Part shown: positions 32,305 to 41,026 of the stretch, one piece after another
Position numbering within the stretch: the first letter of the stretch is position 1
How the letters are laid out: each line of letters opens with the position of its first letter
Source: an uncultured Clostridium sp.
Lineage (GTDB): Bacteria; Bacillota; Clostridia; TANB77; CAG-508
Length of the DNA: 64,000 nt
NCBI GenBank assembly: GCA_946495655.1
Contig: CAMMDS010000001.1
Location: forward strand, 317 to 64,316
Direction: 5' to 3'
Made by a program: the position numbers and the translations under genes
Notes under the pieces: generated by a model
Database searches by the model: none
What the model saw: only the letters and a program-made list of their open reading frames with translations
Told to the model about the DNA's origin: nothing

Positions 32305-34689
32305 TTACATGATTGTATCTATTTGCAATTTATTTTTATTATATAATAGTTCTATCTCTCCATTTTCATCTGTTCTATAAATCAAATTTGTATATTTTTT
32401 TATTCTATCTAACACACCATTATTTGGATGTCCAAAATTATTATCTTTTCCTACTCCTATAAATACAATTTTAGGTTTTACTAGATCTAAAAAACTTAAA
32501 GTAGTAGATGTTTTTGAACCATGATGCGCAACTTTTAAAACATCTGCCTCTAATTTTTTACTATTTTTATATATTTCAACTAATCTACTTTCTGCTATTT
32601 CTTCAATATCTCCTGTAAACAACATACTAAAATCTAATGCATTAAATCGTGCCACAATAGAATTGTTATTTAATATATTTTCTTGTATTAATTCATCCTC
32701 TGGAAATAATATCTCAAAATATGAATATTTATCTATCTTTATGTAATCACCTTTTTTTACTGTATATACATTAATCTTTTTCTTATTTATTATTTCATAA
32801 AATCTTTTTAAATTCTCTGATTCTTTTCCTTGCTTTGATATTATTATATTTTTTACGTTTAAGTTCTCTATAATGCTAAATAAACCTCCTATATGATCAC
32901 TATCAAAATGAGAAATCATGAGATAATCTATATTTAGTATTCTTCTATCTAATAGATAGGGTAATAATATACTTTCTCCTACATCAAAATTTCCAAACTC
33001 ACTTCCTCCTCCATCTATTAATATATTTTTATTAGTTGGCGTTTTTATTAGAGTACAATCTCCTTGTCCAACATCGACAAAATATATTTTTAAATTTCTG
33101 GGCATGATATTCAAAAATATATTAGTGCTAATTACTATTAAAATTAATAGACTTAAAATTTTATATCTATATTTTAATATTAAAGAAAAAATTCTATTAA
33201 CTAATATATTATTTCTAATTACTTTAATATTGTATAAACAAAATATTATTAAATAATAGATTATACATTCTAATAAATATGGAGTTTTTATATATATAGA
33301 AGAACCCGGTATTAATGATGATAATTCTGCAATTTTAAGAAGTAATGAGATAATAATGTTTAAGAATATGCCTAAAAACCTTGCTAAAGGAAGAAAAAAT
33401 ATAGAAACTACATAAACAATGAATCCAAAGATAGTAGCTATTTCCATCAAAGGTCCTGCCAAAATATTAGATATCCAAAAAGTAAATGATACTGTACTAA
33501 ATGTATATGCCATTATTGGTATAATAATTATATTAGCAGAAAATGTTAAACTAAAAGAATTTATCACACCATTTATTATTTTATTCTTTAGATTAGTACT
33601 CTTTTCTTTAAAATTAATCTTCCCTTTTGTTATTTTTTCTAAGAAATTATAGCAACATTGATTTATTTTATTATTTAACAATACAATTCCTATTGTGCCG
33701 CCAAAAGATAATATAAATCCTATATCTGTAATAGTATATGGATTTAATATTAACATTAAAAGAGATGATATCCCCAGATTATTAATCGTATCTGATTTTC
33801 TATGAATAATACTTGATATTAAAACTACTATTCCCATAATACTTGCACGAATTACTGAAGCTGTAAACTCTGTTAATGCCATAAAGAATATTAAAAATAT
33901 AATTGTAAATATTTTCGAGAATTTTTTATTGGTTTTACTTAATATTACTGCAAATCCAGTAATTATATATGTTATATGCGATCCAGACACAGCAAGCATA
34001 TGTGTTAAATTGCTTTTTTTAAAATTATCTTCTATTTCATCAGTTATTGCTTCTCTATCTCCAATAAGTATTCCAATACATAATGCAGCTTCATTTTCAT
34101 CCAATATACTAGAAATATTTTTCTTTAAACTTTTTTGTACATTATTGATAAATTTATTAATTAAATCTACGTTATTATGAGATATGATATTGACTTTATT
34201 TGATTCAATAGTTCCATATATATTTTTTGACTTTAAATATAATTTATAATTAAATCCCTTATAATTTCTAGCACCATCAGGTATTTCTATTTTGCTATCA
34301 ATTTCTATTTCATCTCCAAATGCAGGAATATATTTTAAACTATCAGATTTCTTTAAATTAAATATTAATTCTGTATTTTTATATTTATCCTCATTATTAA
34401 TTGCTTTGACTCTTACTTTATATGTATATTTATATTCCTTTTCTTCTGGTTCTGATATAACTATAGCTCTAATTTTAGCTTCATCATATATATCTAAATA
34501 TTTTTTATCATAATTTGCATCCAGAATTTTAATATATATACTTCCAGTAAGTAATATACAGATAAGTATTATGAACCAGATTTTTTTAGTAATTAAATAC
34601 AATATTATCGATATAATTACTGTAGTTATGCACAAAAAGACTACACTTAATTTTAAGTATAGTCCAATTAATATTCCTATAATATACAT
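32305..34689 (-). CDS. comEC: DNA internalization competence protein ComEC/Rec2
   Basis: 794 aa with a polytopic competence domain and a C-terminal metallo-beta-lactamase fold (VDVGQGDC, HFDSDHIGG, AHHGS). Confidence 0.85.
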   Translation of the reverse strand: MYIIGILIGLYLKLSVVFLCITTVIISIILYLITKKIWFIILICILLTGSIYIKILDANYDKKYLDIYDEAKIRAIVISEPEEKEYKYTYKVRVKAINNEDKYKNTELIFNLKKSDSLKYIPAFGDEIEIDSKIEIPDGARNYKGFNYKLYLKSKNIYGTIESNKVNIISHNNVDLINKFINNVQKSLKKNISSILDENEAALCIGILIGDREAITDEIEDNFKKSNLTHMLAVSGSHITYIITGFAVILSKTNKKFSKIFTIIFLIFFMALTEFTASVIRASIMGIVVLISSIIHRKSDTINNLGISSLLMLILNPYTITDIGFILSFGGTIGIVLLNNKINQCCYNFLEKITKGKINFKEKSTNLKNKIINGVINSFSLTFSANIIIIPIMAYTFSTVSFTFWISNILAGPLMEIATIFGFIVYVVSIFFLPLARFLGIFLNIIISLLLKIAELSSLIPGSSIYIKTPYLLECIIYYLIIFCLYNIKVIRNNILVNRIFSLILKYRYKILSLLILIVISTNIFLNIMPRNLKIYFVDVGQGDCTLIKTPTNKNILIDGGGSEFGNFDVGESILLPYLLDRRILNIDYLMISHFDSDHIGGLFSIIENLNVKNIIISKQGKESENLKRFYEIINKKKINVYTVKKGDYIKIDKYSYFEILFPEDELIQENILNNNSIVARFNALDFSMLFTGDIEEIAESRLVEIYKNSKKLEADVLKVAHHGSKTSTTLSFLDLVKPKIVFIGVGKDNNFGHPNNGVLDRIKKYTNLIYRTDENGEIELLYNKNKLQIDTIM

Positions 34690-34778
34690 AGAGGAAGCAA
34701 TACAAATTGGTCTTTTTATTTTATTTCATTCCTTTCATATTGCCCCCGAATGAGAAATTAGGGACAGACCCCAATTTC

Positions 34779-36212
34779 TCATATTACTCTTCTAGCTGCA
34801 CAGTATCTAGTATTATAATATTCTCCTGGTAATAAACTATTAATTTTTACACAGTATCCTGATCCAGAAGATGCATGTATGAAATTACCATCTCCAATAT
34901 ATATACCACAATGACCTATCTCATCCATAGTTTCATAATCTAAAAAGAATACTAAATCACCAACCTTAAGATTCTTTAATAAACTAGATTTTGACGATTT
35001 GTCTGCTTTAACTGCTTGTCCGAGTTTTGCTTGTGCTTGTGCACCATGTCTCATAGATATTCCAAAGTTATCATATACATACATTGTAAAACCTGAACAG
35101 TCAAATCCAGATGGACTAGCGCCACCATAAACATATGGAACTCCTAAGAATTTTTTTGCATAAGAGACTATTTTTTCTCCTGTAATAGAATTGTTAGATG
35201 TATTAGATGAATCAGAGGCAGAATCACTCTCTACCTCTTCTTCTTTTTCATCTTTAGTTCTATCAATATTTCCTCTATTTGTAACTGCTACTCTTTGATC
35301 TGATAGCAATTCTTTTAAAACATATGCATTGCCTTGGCTTGTTTCTACTTCATACCAATCTCCAGATTCTCCAACCACTTGAAGTGCAGTGTTTTGTTCA
35401 ACAACCATAACTTTATCCGCACTTGTACTTGGTTCTTTCCTTATATTCACAAAGTCTGTTGTATACATAGTTTTTTCTGTAAAATCAGATGTATTATCAC
35501 TGCTATTGTCCGCATTCTCATCATTGCTAGGTTCATTATTATTTGTACTATTATCATTTTGGTTGTCTCCACTTTGACTATCATTTCCACTTTCTGATAC
35601 TTCTAGCGAATCCATCCTTACCCATCCAGATACTTCATCTGTTTGTATAAATGCCCAACCATTTATTTGATTTATTATTGTTACTTCTGAATTATTAGCA
35701 ATTCTGCCTATAACACTACTATTTATTAGAGGAGTAATTCTAACATTAGTTCTAGCTGTTGTTGTTGCTTTAATATTTTGAGCCACTGTTGTAACATTTT
35801 CTCCATCTTCGTTTTGGTTTGTTGGTTCTGCCGAATTATTATCTACTTCAGTGTTTCTTTGATCATTTTCAGTATCAACCGTATTTGTCTCATTTTCAGC
35901 ACTATTATCTGGAGTATTACTTCCACTGCCTGTTTCTGAATCTCCATCTATTACTTTAGCATATTCTTTACTAATATATCCTGTATAATCTCCATATTGT
36001 ACTTGATACCAATCTCCATCTTCTCCTAATACTTCACATTCGTCTCCAATTGATATCAATGCTACTATATCAGAATCAGTTGATGGTTCTTTTCTTAGGT
36101 TTAATGTTTCTGTTGTTATTTCTACTGTTGTTGCTTTTACAATATTTGTACATACAAATGTCAATATTATACAAAACATTATTGCATATAATATTTTTTT
36201 GATTAAATACAT
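34779..36212 (-). CDS. secreted cell-wall hydrolase: SH3b repeats + C-terminal NlpC/P60 peptidase
   Basis: The likely start is ATG 36212 (AGGAGG 7 nt upstream). It has a signal-like N-terminus, repeated LN.R..PST.S..V..., and C-terminal GFDCSGF...H.GIYIGDG.FIHAS. Confidence 0.8.
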   Translation of the reverse strand: MYLIKKILYAIMFCIILTFVCTNIVKATTVEITTETLNLRKEPSTDSDIVALISIGDECEVLGEDGDWYQVQYGDYTGYISKEYAKVIDGDSETGSGSNTPDNSAENETNTVDTENDQRNTEVDNNSAEPTNQNEDGENVTTVAQNIKATTTARTNVRITPLINSSVIGRIANNSEVTIINQINGWAFIQTDEVSGWVRMDSLEVSESGNDSQSGDNQNDNSTNNNEPSNDENADNSSDNTSDFTEKTMYTTDFVNIRKEPSTSADKVMVVEQNTALQVVGESGDWYEVETSQGNAYVLKELLSDQRVAVTNRGNIDRTKDEKEEEVESDSASDSSNTSNNSITGEKIVSYAKKFLGVPYVYGGASPSGFDCSGFTMYVYDNFGISMRHGAQAQAKLGQAVKADKSSKSSLLKNLKVGDLVFFLDYETMDEIGHCGIYIGDGNFIHASSGSGYCVKINSLLPGEYYNTRYCAARRVI

Positions 36213-36265
36213 TGTCATTCCTCCTAAAATACGCTTATAGTATATAATCAATTGCACAAAAAGTC

Positions 36266-36307
36266 AATAAAAAAAGCAAGGATATTGCAATTTCTTGTAA
36301 TATCCTT
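36266..36307 (-). terminator. Rho-independent terminator following the tuf remnant
   Basis: 13-bp stem (aaggatattgcaa / ttgtaatatcctt) followed by a T-run on the minus strand. Confidence 0.65.
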
Positions 36308-36334
36308 ACTTTTAATTTATATTGATTTCAAATA

Positions 36335-36376
36335 TTATTCAATAACTTCTGAAACAACACCTGAACCAACTGTTCT
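36335..36376 (-). pseudogene. tuf: remnant of the last 13 codons of an EF-Tu gene
   Basis: The minus strand reads aga aca gtt ggt tca ggt gtt gtt tca gaa gtt att gaa taa, i.e. RTVGSGVVSEVIE*, the conserved EF-Tu C-terminus. An in-frame TGA lies 4 codons upstream, so only the tail is present. Confidence 0.6.
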
Positions 36377-36508
36377 ATCAATACGTTTTCATGTGTTTTT
36401 GTTAATCGTTAAAAACATTGATATTAGTGCGTTTTTAGGTTTATCATTTTTATACATTTTTATTTTATTCTGTACTAATGTGTTAAAAAAGTGTTAATTT
36501 TTTTAACA

Positions 36509-36646
36509 TTATTTTCCAGTTATCTTTATGCCGTCTATTAATCCAATCAAATAAATTTTCTCTGCTAAATTCTTGTTATTCGTAATAGCATTTTTCTCTT
36601 CATTAGTTAAATTCTCACAAATTCTTTCTTCTAATAATTCTTCCAT
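36509..36646 (-). CDS. small ORF (45 aa), below the track cutoff
   Basis: AGGAGG lies 5 nt upstream of ATG 36646. Translation is MEELLEERICENLTNEEKNAITNNKNLAEKIYLIGLIDGIKITGK. Confidence 0.4.
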   Translation of the reverse strand: MEELLEERICENLTNEEKNAITNNKNLAEKIYLIGLIDGIKITGK

Positions 36647-36669
36647 ACATTCCTCCTATGTTTTGTTTC

Positions 36670-36698
36670 TTGACAAATTTTGTAAAAGAATGTATACT
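36670..36698 (+). promoter_or_regulatory. consensus sigma-A promoter (TTGACA-17-TATACT) inside a 12-bp inverted repeat region
   Basis: TTGACA at 36670-36675 and TATACT at 36693-36698. AAGAATGTATAC and GTATACATTCTT flank the start region. A hairpin plus T6 terminator lies at 36732-36767. Confidence 0.5.
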
Positions 36699-36927
36699 TT
36701 ATTTGTGTATGATAATGAAGTATACATTCTTGAGATAGTTTAATGCCAGTTAAGCTATCTCTTTTTTATTGAACTATGCTCGTAGTTTCTGTTATAATAA
36801 TATTACAAGTTTCGACAACATGCAAGAAAAATCGTGTACAAAATTTCGACAAAACGTTCGCTGGGAATGACCACCTTTTGTGGATAAAATGTGGATAATT
36901 GTTTATACTATAAATGAGGTATTGTTT

Positions 36928-37248
36928 ATGTTTGTTTTTATGGTAAAAAATATTAGAGAAGGTAAGAAAATTTCTTTGAATGAATTAAGCAAAAGAACAG
37001 GTATTTCTAAAAGTTATTTACATGATTTAGAAAACAATAAAAGATTTAATGTTAGTCTAGATAAATTATATGATATTGCAAATGTATTAAATGTTAATGT
37101 TAAAGACTTATTTTATAGTGAATTAGATATAGAGAACTTAAGAGAAAAACTTCACGATAGAATAGACAAATACGGAATTAGTTCAAAAGAAACATTAGAA
37201 ATAAGTCAAATCATAGATCTCCTTGTTAATTTAAATTTTAAGAACTAG
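36928..37248 (+). CDS. XRE-family HTH regulator
   Basis: GAGGT lies 7 nt upstream of ATG 36928. The HTH is ISLNELSKRTGISKSYLHDLENNKR. Confidence 0.7.
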   Translation: MFVFMVKNIREGKKISLNELSKRTGISKSYLHDLENNKRFNVSLDKLYDIANVLNVNVKDLFYSELDIENLREKLHDRIDKYGISSKETLEISQIIDLLVNLNFKN

Positions 37249-37388
37249 CTTTTAACTAGTTCTTTCATTTTTATATTTATGTACTTGTCTAAAATTTGAC
37301 TTTGTTTTAAGATTTTCTCATAACTTGCATCGTTTTCTATCAATTTTGCAAGTTTTCTTTTGTGATAATTAAGTAATAAATCTAACAT
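37245..37388 (-). CDS. Spo0E-like small protein (47 aa), below the track cutoff
   Basis: GAGGTG RBS. Translation MLDLLLNYHKRKLAKLIENDASYEKILKQSQILDKYINIKMKELVKS contains the Spo0E-family SQ.LD..I motif after a helix. Confidence 0.45.
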   Translation of the reverse strand: MLDLLLNYHKRKLAKLIENDASYEKILKQSQILDKYINIKMKELVKS

Positions 37389-37476
37389 ACTTATCACCTC
37401 TACTGTTATTATAGCATATTATGTAAATTTACTCTGTCGAAACATGTCAAAAGGTCTAAAAAATTACTTAAAATGC

Positions 37477-37505
37477 TTGACATTGTCGTACGACAGTAGT
37501 ATAAT
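37477..37505 (+). promoter_or_regulatory. promoter P1 (TTGACA-17-TATAAT) with 12-bp palindrome TGTCGTACGACA in the spacer
   Basis: Read directly from the sequence. A near-identical copy lies at 37916-37944. Confidence 0.65.
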
Positions 37506-37530
37506 ATATACAGAAAGCGAGGTGAGGCTT

Positions 37531-37644
37531 ATGTTTAGTAAATTAATAAAAGCTCTGCTAAATACTCGAATAGCTAGCAACTTAATCGATAAATATCTAG
37601 CAAAGCAAAGTTCAATCAAAAGAGCTAATCACTTTTTTGATTAA
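37531..37644 (+). CDS. small ORF (37 aa) downstream of P1
   Basis: GAGGTGAGG RBS then ATG 37531. This is the C-terminal part of tracked ORF 37444..37644. Confidence 0.35.
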   Translation: MFSKLIKALLNTRIASNLIDKYLAKQSSIKRANHFFD

Positions 37645-37719
37645 CACAAGAGAAAATAATTTCTCTCTTGTATATAATATTATATATGATATAATAAAAA
37701 AAAATCAAGGAGGAAATCT

Positions 37720-37905
37720 ATGGAAAAATTTGATAGACAGAAATGGTATTCAGAAAAATATGAAAAGTTTGGTGCGGATTTAGAAAAAGAATATAGTCAA
37801 AAGTTAAAAAGAGCTATTAAAGAAGATGAAAAATTTGGAAGCATAGCAGATTGGATACGTTTTTATGGAGATAAATATTTAAAAGAAAAAAATAAAAAAA
37901 TTTAA
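37720..37905 (+). CDS. hypothetical small protein (61 aa)
   Basis: AAGGAGG RBS. The protein is charged and helical-looking. Confidence 0.45.
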   Translation: MEKFDRQKWYSEKYEKFGADLEKEYSQKLKRAIKEDEKFGSIADWIRFYGDKYLKEKNKKI

Positions 37906-37915
37906 CTCAAAACGC

Positions 37916-37944
37916 TTGACATTATCGTACGACAGTAGTATAAT
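37916..37944 (+). promoter_or_regulatory. promoter P2 (TTGACA-17-TATAAT) with TCGTACGACA operator-like spacer
   Basis: It shares 32 of 33 positions with the P1 region (gcttgacatt[g/a]tcgtacgacagtagtataatata). Confidence 0.65.
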
Positions 37945-37977
37945 ATAATTAAAGTTAAGAGAAAGAGGGTAATTAAT

Positions 37978-38223
37978 ATGAGAAAAATTAAATGTTTAGA
38001 AATTGCTGAATTTGTTCAAAAAGGATTATTAGAGAAAGGATTTAATGAAGATTTTAACAAGATACTTCAATTAGTTGATGACAGTGTTGCATACAACAAT
38101 GATTATGATAAAGATGAAAATGGAGAAATTGCACAAGAGCTATCTGAAGAAGAAATTGATCAATTAAAAAATGATATGTTATATGGTACAATTGAATATT
38201 ACGAAGAAAGAGAAAATATATAA
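37978..38223 (+). CDS. highly acidic small protein (81 aa)
   Basis: First gene downstream of P2 and Asp/Glu-rich (DDSVAYNNDYDKDENGEIAQELSEEEIDQL). Confidence 0.5.
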   Translation: MRKIKCLEIAEFVQKGLLEKGFNEDFNKILQLVDDSVAYNNDYDKDENGEIAQELSEEEIDQLKNDMLYGTIEYYEERENI

Positions 38224-38225
38224 TT

Positions 38226-38750
38226 ATGAAATATAATAAAAAAGATTTAAAAGGCAAAAGATTTGGCAAATTAATTGTTTTTGAGGAAACTTCTAAAAGG
38301 CAAGATGGTGGTTGCATCGTGTGGAAGTGTAAGTGCGATTGCGGTAATGTCGTTGAAGTTTCTTCTAAACGTCTGTGTAATAAATTACAAGAAAGTTGTG
38401 GTTGCTATCAAACTGAAAGGCAAAAATATTCAATGAAAAAATTAAAAGAAAAACAAAGTGTCGAGAATACAAATATTCATTTGATAGAAAAAAACAAAGC
38501 AAATAGTAATAGTAAAACAGGTGTTAGAGGTGTTTGTTATATTAATTCAAAGAAAAAATATAAAGCTTTTTTATCTTTAAATAAAAAATATTATGTTTTA
38601 GGTTTTTTTGACAATTTAAATGATGCAATAAAAGCTCGTAAAGAAGCAGAAGAAAAATATTTTAAACCTATACTGGATAAATACAATAAAAAAATGAAAA
38701 CGGCTCAAAATCGACCTTCTAAAATCAATTCTAAGCCGTTTTTATTTTAA
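38226..38750 (+). CDS. DNA-binding protein with Cys-rich N-terminal module and AP2-like C-terminal domain
   Basis: GKRFGKLIV...WKCKCDCGN...SCGC, then TGVRGVCY...KKYKAFLS.NKKYYVLGFFD.L.DAIKARKEAE.KYF (AP2/integrase DNA-binding-like). The N-terminal module is paralogous to the gene at 63411..64000. Confidence 0.55.
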   Translation: MKYNKKDLKGKRFGKLIVFEETSKRQDGGCIVWKCKCDCGNVVEVSSKRLCNKLQESCGCYQTERQKYSMKKLKEKQSVENTNIHLIEKNKANSNSKTGVRGVCYINSKKKYKAFLSLNKKYYVLGFFDNLNDAIKARKEAEEKYFKPILDKYNKKMKTAQNRPSKINSKPFLF

Positions 38751-38765
38751 ATATATATAAGTTTG

Positions 38766-39833
38766 TTATTTGATTACTATTTTCTGTCCTACATAGATTA
38801 GATTAGCATTAGCGATGTTGTTGTCTTTTACTAGCTTACTAACTGTTGTCTTATACTTAGAAGCGATGCCAGACAAAGTATCTCCGCTTTTTACTGTGTA
38901 TGTTTTAGCAATATTAGCTCCTAAAAGTTGATTTACTTTTGCTTGAACCGTATCATAATCGTAACCTTCTGCTTCAAGTTTCTTTTTACGTTCTTCTCCG
39001 TTACCGTACTTTCCATTTATTACATCTTTTGCTACTTCTGTTACAGATTTTTTATTGTTTTGTTCTTTTAGAATTTCATTTACTCTACTTTGTACTGCAT
39101 TATAATCATATCCAGCTTTTTCTAGTTTAGTTTTTCTATCTTCGCCATCTCCCCATTTACCATCTATTACTTCTTCTGCTAATTCATCGATAGACTTCTT
39201 ACTACTATTGTCTGTAGTGCCAGACTCTTCTATTATATCTTCATCATACAAATAATTCATGTCGCAACTCCCGCTTATTCCATTTACCTTTCCAGAACTT
39301 GAATATTGCCATATATCATACTCTCCTTTGTATTGACATTCTGAGTAATATTGAGCAACCCATACAGACAAGTTCTTGTCAAAATCGCTTGGATTTAATT
39401 CATTTTTTAACCAGTTTAGATTTGCATAAACTCCTGCCTGAAAGCCTTTGTTTTTCACGTATTTTGCAAATTCATTGCATTGTTCTGTTAGACTAGCTTT
39501 TGTTTCGCCTTGTATATCTTTATCCTCCATGTCGATATAAAGTGGTAAGTCTAATTTCTTACCATCTAGTTTTTTAATAGCCCACTCTAAACCATTTTTT
39601 AGAGTATCTACTGTATTACAATAGTTATATATATATGCACCTACTTTTATCCCTTGTGCTTTTGCGTTTTTATAGTTACTATCGAACTTACTATCTTTGT
39701 AGTTTGCATCATAATCATAAATATTTGCTAATTTTATTATTGCAAATTCTACTCCATCATTTTTTACTTTGTTCCAGTCAATAGAACCTTGGAACTCACT
39801 TACATCTATTCCTTTTATTGCCATTTTTATCAC
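38766..39833 (-). CDS. endolysin: GH25 muramidase + 2x CW_7 (Cpl-7-like) repeats + LysM
   Basis: [23 protein letters not shown] (GH25), two copies of V..V..GK.G.GE.RK.KLE..GYDY..VQ..VN..L, and a C-terminal [13 protein letters not shown]...[10 protein letters not shown]. Confidence 0.85.
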   Translation of the reverse strand: MIKMAIKGIDVSEFQGSIDWNKVKNDGVEFAIIKLANIYDYDANYKDSKFDSNYKNAKAQGIKVGAYIYNYCNTVDTLKNGLEWAIKKLDGKKLDLPLYIDMEDKDIQGETKASLTEQCNEFAKYVKNKGFQAGVYANLNWLKNELNPSDFDKNLSVWVAQYYSECQYKGEYDIWQYSSSGKVNGISGSCDMNYLYDEDIIEESGTTDNSSKKSIDELAEEVIDGKWGDGEDRKTKLEKAGYDYNAVQSRVNEILKEQNNKKSVTEVAKDVINGKYGNGEERKKKLEAEGYDYDTVQAKVNQLLGANIAKTYTVKSGDTLSGIASKYKTTVSKLVKDNNIANANLIYVGQKIVIK

Positions 39834-40084
39834 TACTCCTTATTCTTAATATTTATTAAATCAGCAATTCCGCCTGCACCCATACAAGCCACAATACATA
39901 AAACTAATGCTTGTACTATGTTTGGTTCTATTCCAAGAAAATAGCATATTAAACCACTTATTATACCTATTGCAACATTTTGTATTGGAATGTATTTATT
40001 AGGTATACTGTCTATAAATATTTTTGTTATAGCCCCAAATATATAAGCTATTATTGCTATTATAATTACGTATGTTATTTCCAT
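39833..40084 (-). CDS. holin (A118 Hol118-like)
   Basis: 83 aa with three hydrophobic segments. IPNKYIP...IG.ISG and the GAGGIADL tail resemble Hol118-type holins. It lies directly upstream of the endolysin. Confidence 0.65.
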   Translation of the reverse strand: MEITYVIIIAIIAYIFGAITKIFIDSIPNKYIPIQNVAIGIISGLICYFLGIEPNIVQALVLCIVACMGAGGIADLINIKNKE

Positions 40085-40086
40085 AC

Positions 40087-40371
40087 TTAGTTCCTCCTTT
40101 CTTCTAACAATTTGTCCACCTTTTTATCTGTACTCTCCATTTGCTTCTGTAATAATTCTAATGATTTTGCAGTATTAAGATTAGTTTGTTGCATTTCTGC
40201 TAAGCAGTTAGAAATTGTTGTTGTTGTTTCTTCTACTGTTTTTAAAGTAGATTTAATCATCTCTTGATTCTCTGCTAGTTTCTTTTTATTACTTATATAA
40301 TCCCACAAAAATAATCCAACTATTATTGCACTTACTCCGTAAGTACTAATCAAGTTCAACATTTCTTCCAT
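40087..40371 (-). CDS. membrane-anchored coiled-coil protein in the lysis cassette
   Basis: 94 aa with an N-terminal TM and a coiled coil. Confidence 0.45.
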   Translation of the reverse strand: MEEMLNLISTYGVSAIIVGLFLWDYISNKKKLAENQEMIKSTLKTVEETTTTISNCLAEMQQTNLNTAKSLELLQKQMESTDKKVDKLLEERRN

Positions 40372-40567
40372 TGAGCTCTTCCTCCAATCTATTTACTTTT
40401 TCTTCTGTCTGCAAAATCCTATTCTCTACCTGTAGCCATCGTTCATTTCCACTTTCTTTTCTCGCTTCATAGTCATACATTGTATGTACTGTAGAAAATA
40501 TATTAATAAATATAAATAATAATACTATTGCTAGTCCACCAATCATTATCTTATCTTTCTTTTCCAT
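40346..40567 (-). CDS. membrane-anchored coiled-coil protein in the lysis cassette
   Basis: 73 aa with an N-terminal TM and a coiled coil. Confidence 0.4.
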   Translation of the reverse strand: MEKKDKIMIGGLAIVLLFIFINIFSTVHTMYDYEARKESGNERWLQVENRILQTEEKVNRLEEELNGRNVELD

Positions 40568-40580
40568 TACTTTTTCCTTT

Positions 40581-40943
40581 CTATTTCCAACGACCTATTG
40601 AAATCCATTCTATAGAAACTGGCCTCGTTACATTTGCGGAGTGCAATATGTTAAACGTACAGTTATTATTATTTGATATTATATTTCCTGCCCATGCCAT
40701 ATTAGAAGTTCTACAAGAAATGTTTGTACTAGGAGTTTCAATGAACTGAGCTGGATATGTTATTGTTTGCGTTGCAGAATAATATATTGCACCCGCTGGA
40801 GAAAATTCAACATTGCTTATACTTTTTCTTCCATAGCATATCATTGTGCCGTCTGGATATTTTATCGCTGTTCCGTTGCTATTTTCTATTCTTTCTATTT
40901 CCATATTTTTTATTTTGTTTAATATAGTTTTTAGAAGTGGCAT
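40581..40943 (-). CDS. small tail-fibre/receptor-binding-like protein
   Basis: 120 aa. The C-terminal ...V.IEWISIGRWK resembles the W.(A/S)IG.W end of phage fibre C-terminal domains. RBS is GGGGGTGG. Confidence 0.45.
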   Translation of the reverse strand: MPLLKTILNKIKNMEIERIENSNGTAIKYPDGTMICYGRKSISNVEFSPAGAIYYSATQTITYPAQFIETPSTNISCRTSNMAWAGNIISNNNNCTFNILHSANVTRPVSIEWISIGRWK

Positions 40944-40972
40944 ACTCTACCACCCCCATTTGCTAAATTATG

Positions 40973-40996
40973 CTCTCTCTCTCTCTCTCTCTCTCT
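40973..40996. repeat. (CT)12 / (AG)12 dinucleotide microsatellite
   Basis: 24 nt of perfect CT repeats between two tail-region genes, about 20 nt upstream of the RBS of 40581..40943. Confidence 0.95.
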
Positions 40997-41026
40997 AGTG
41001 TTATCATAGTTCCACGTCCTCCTTTT

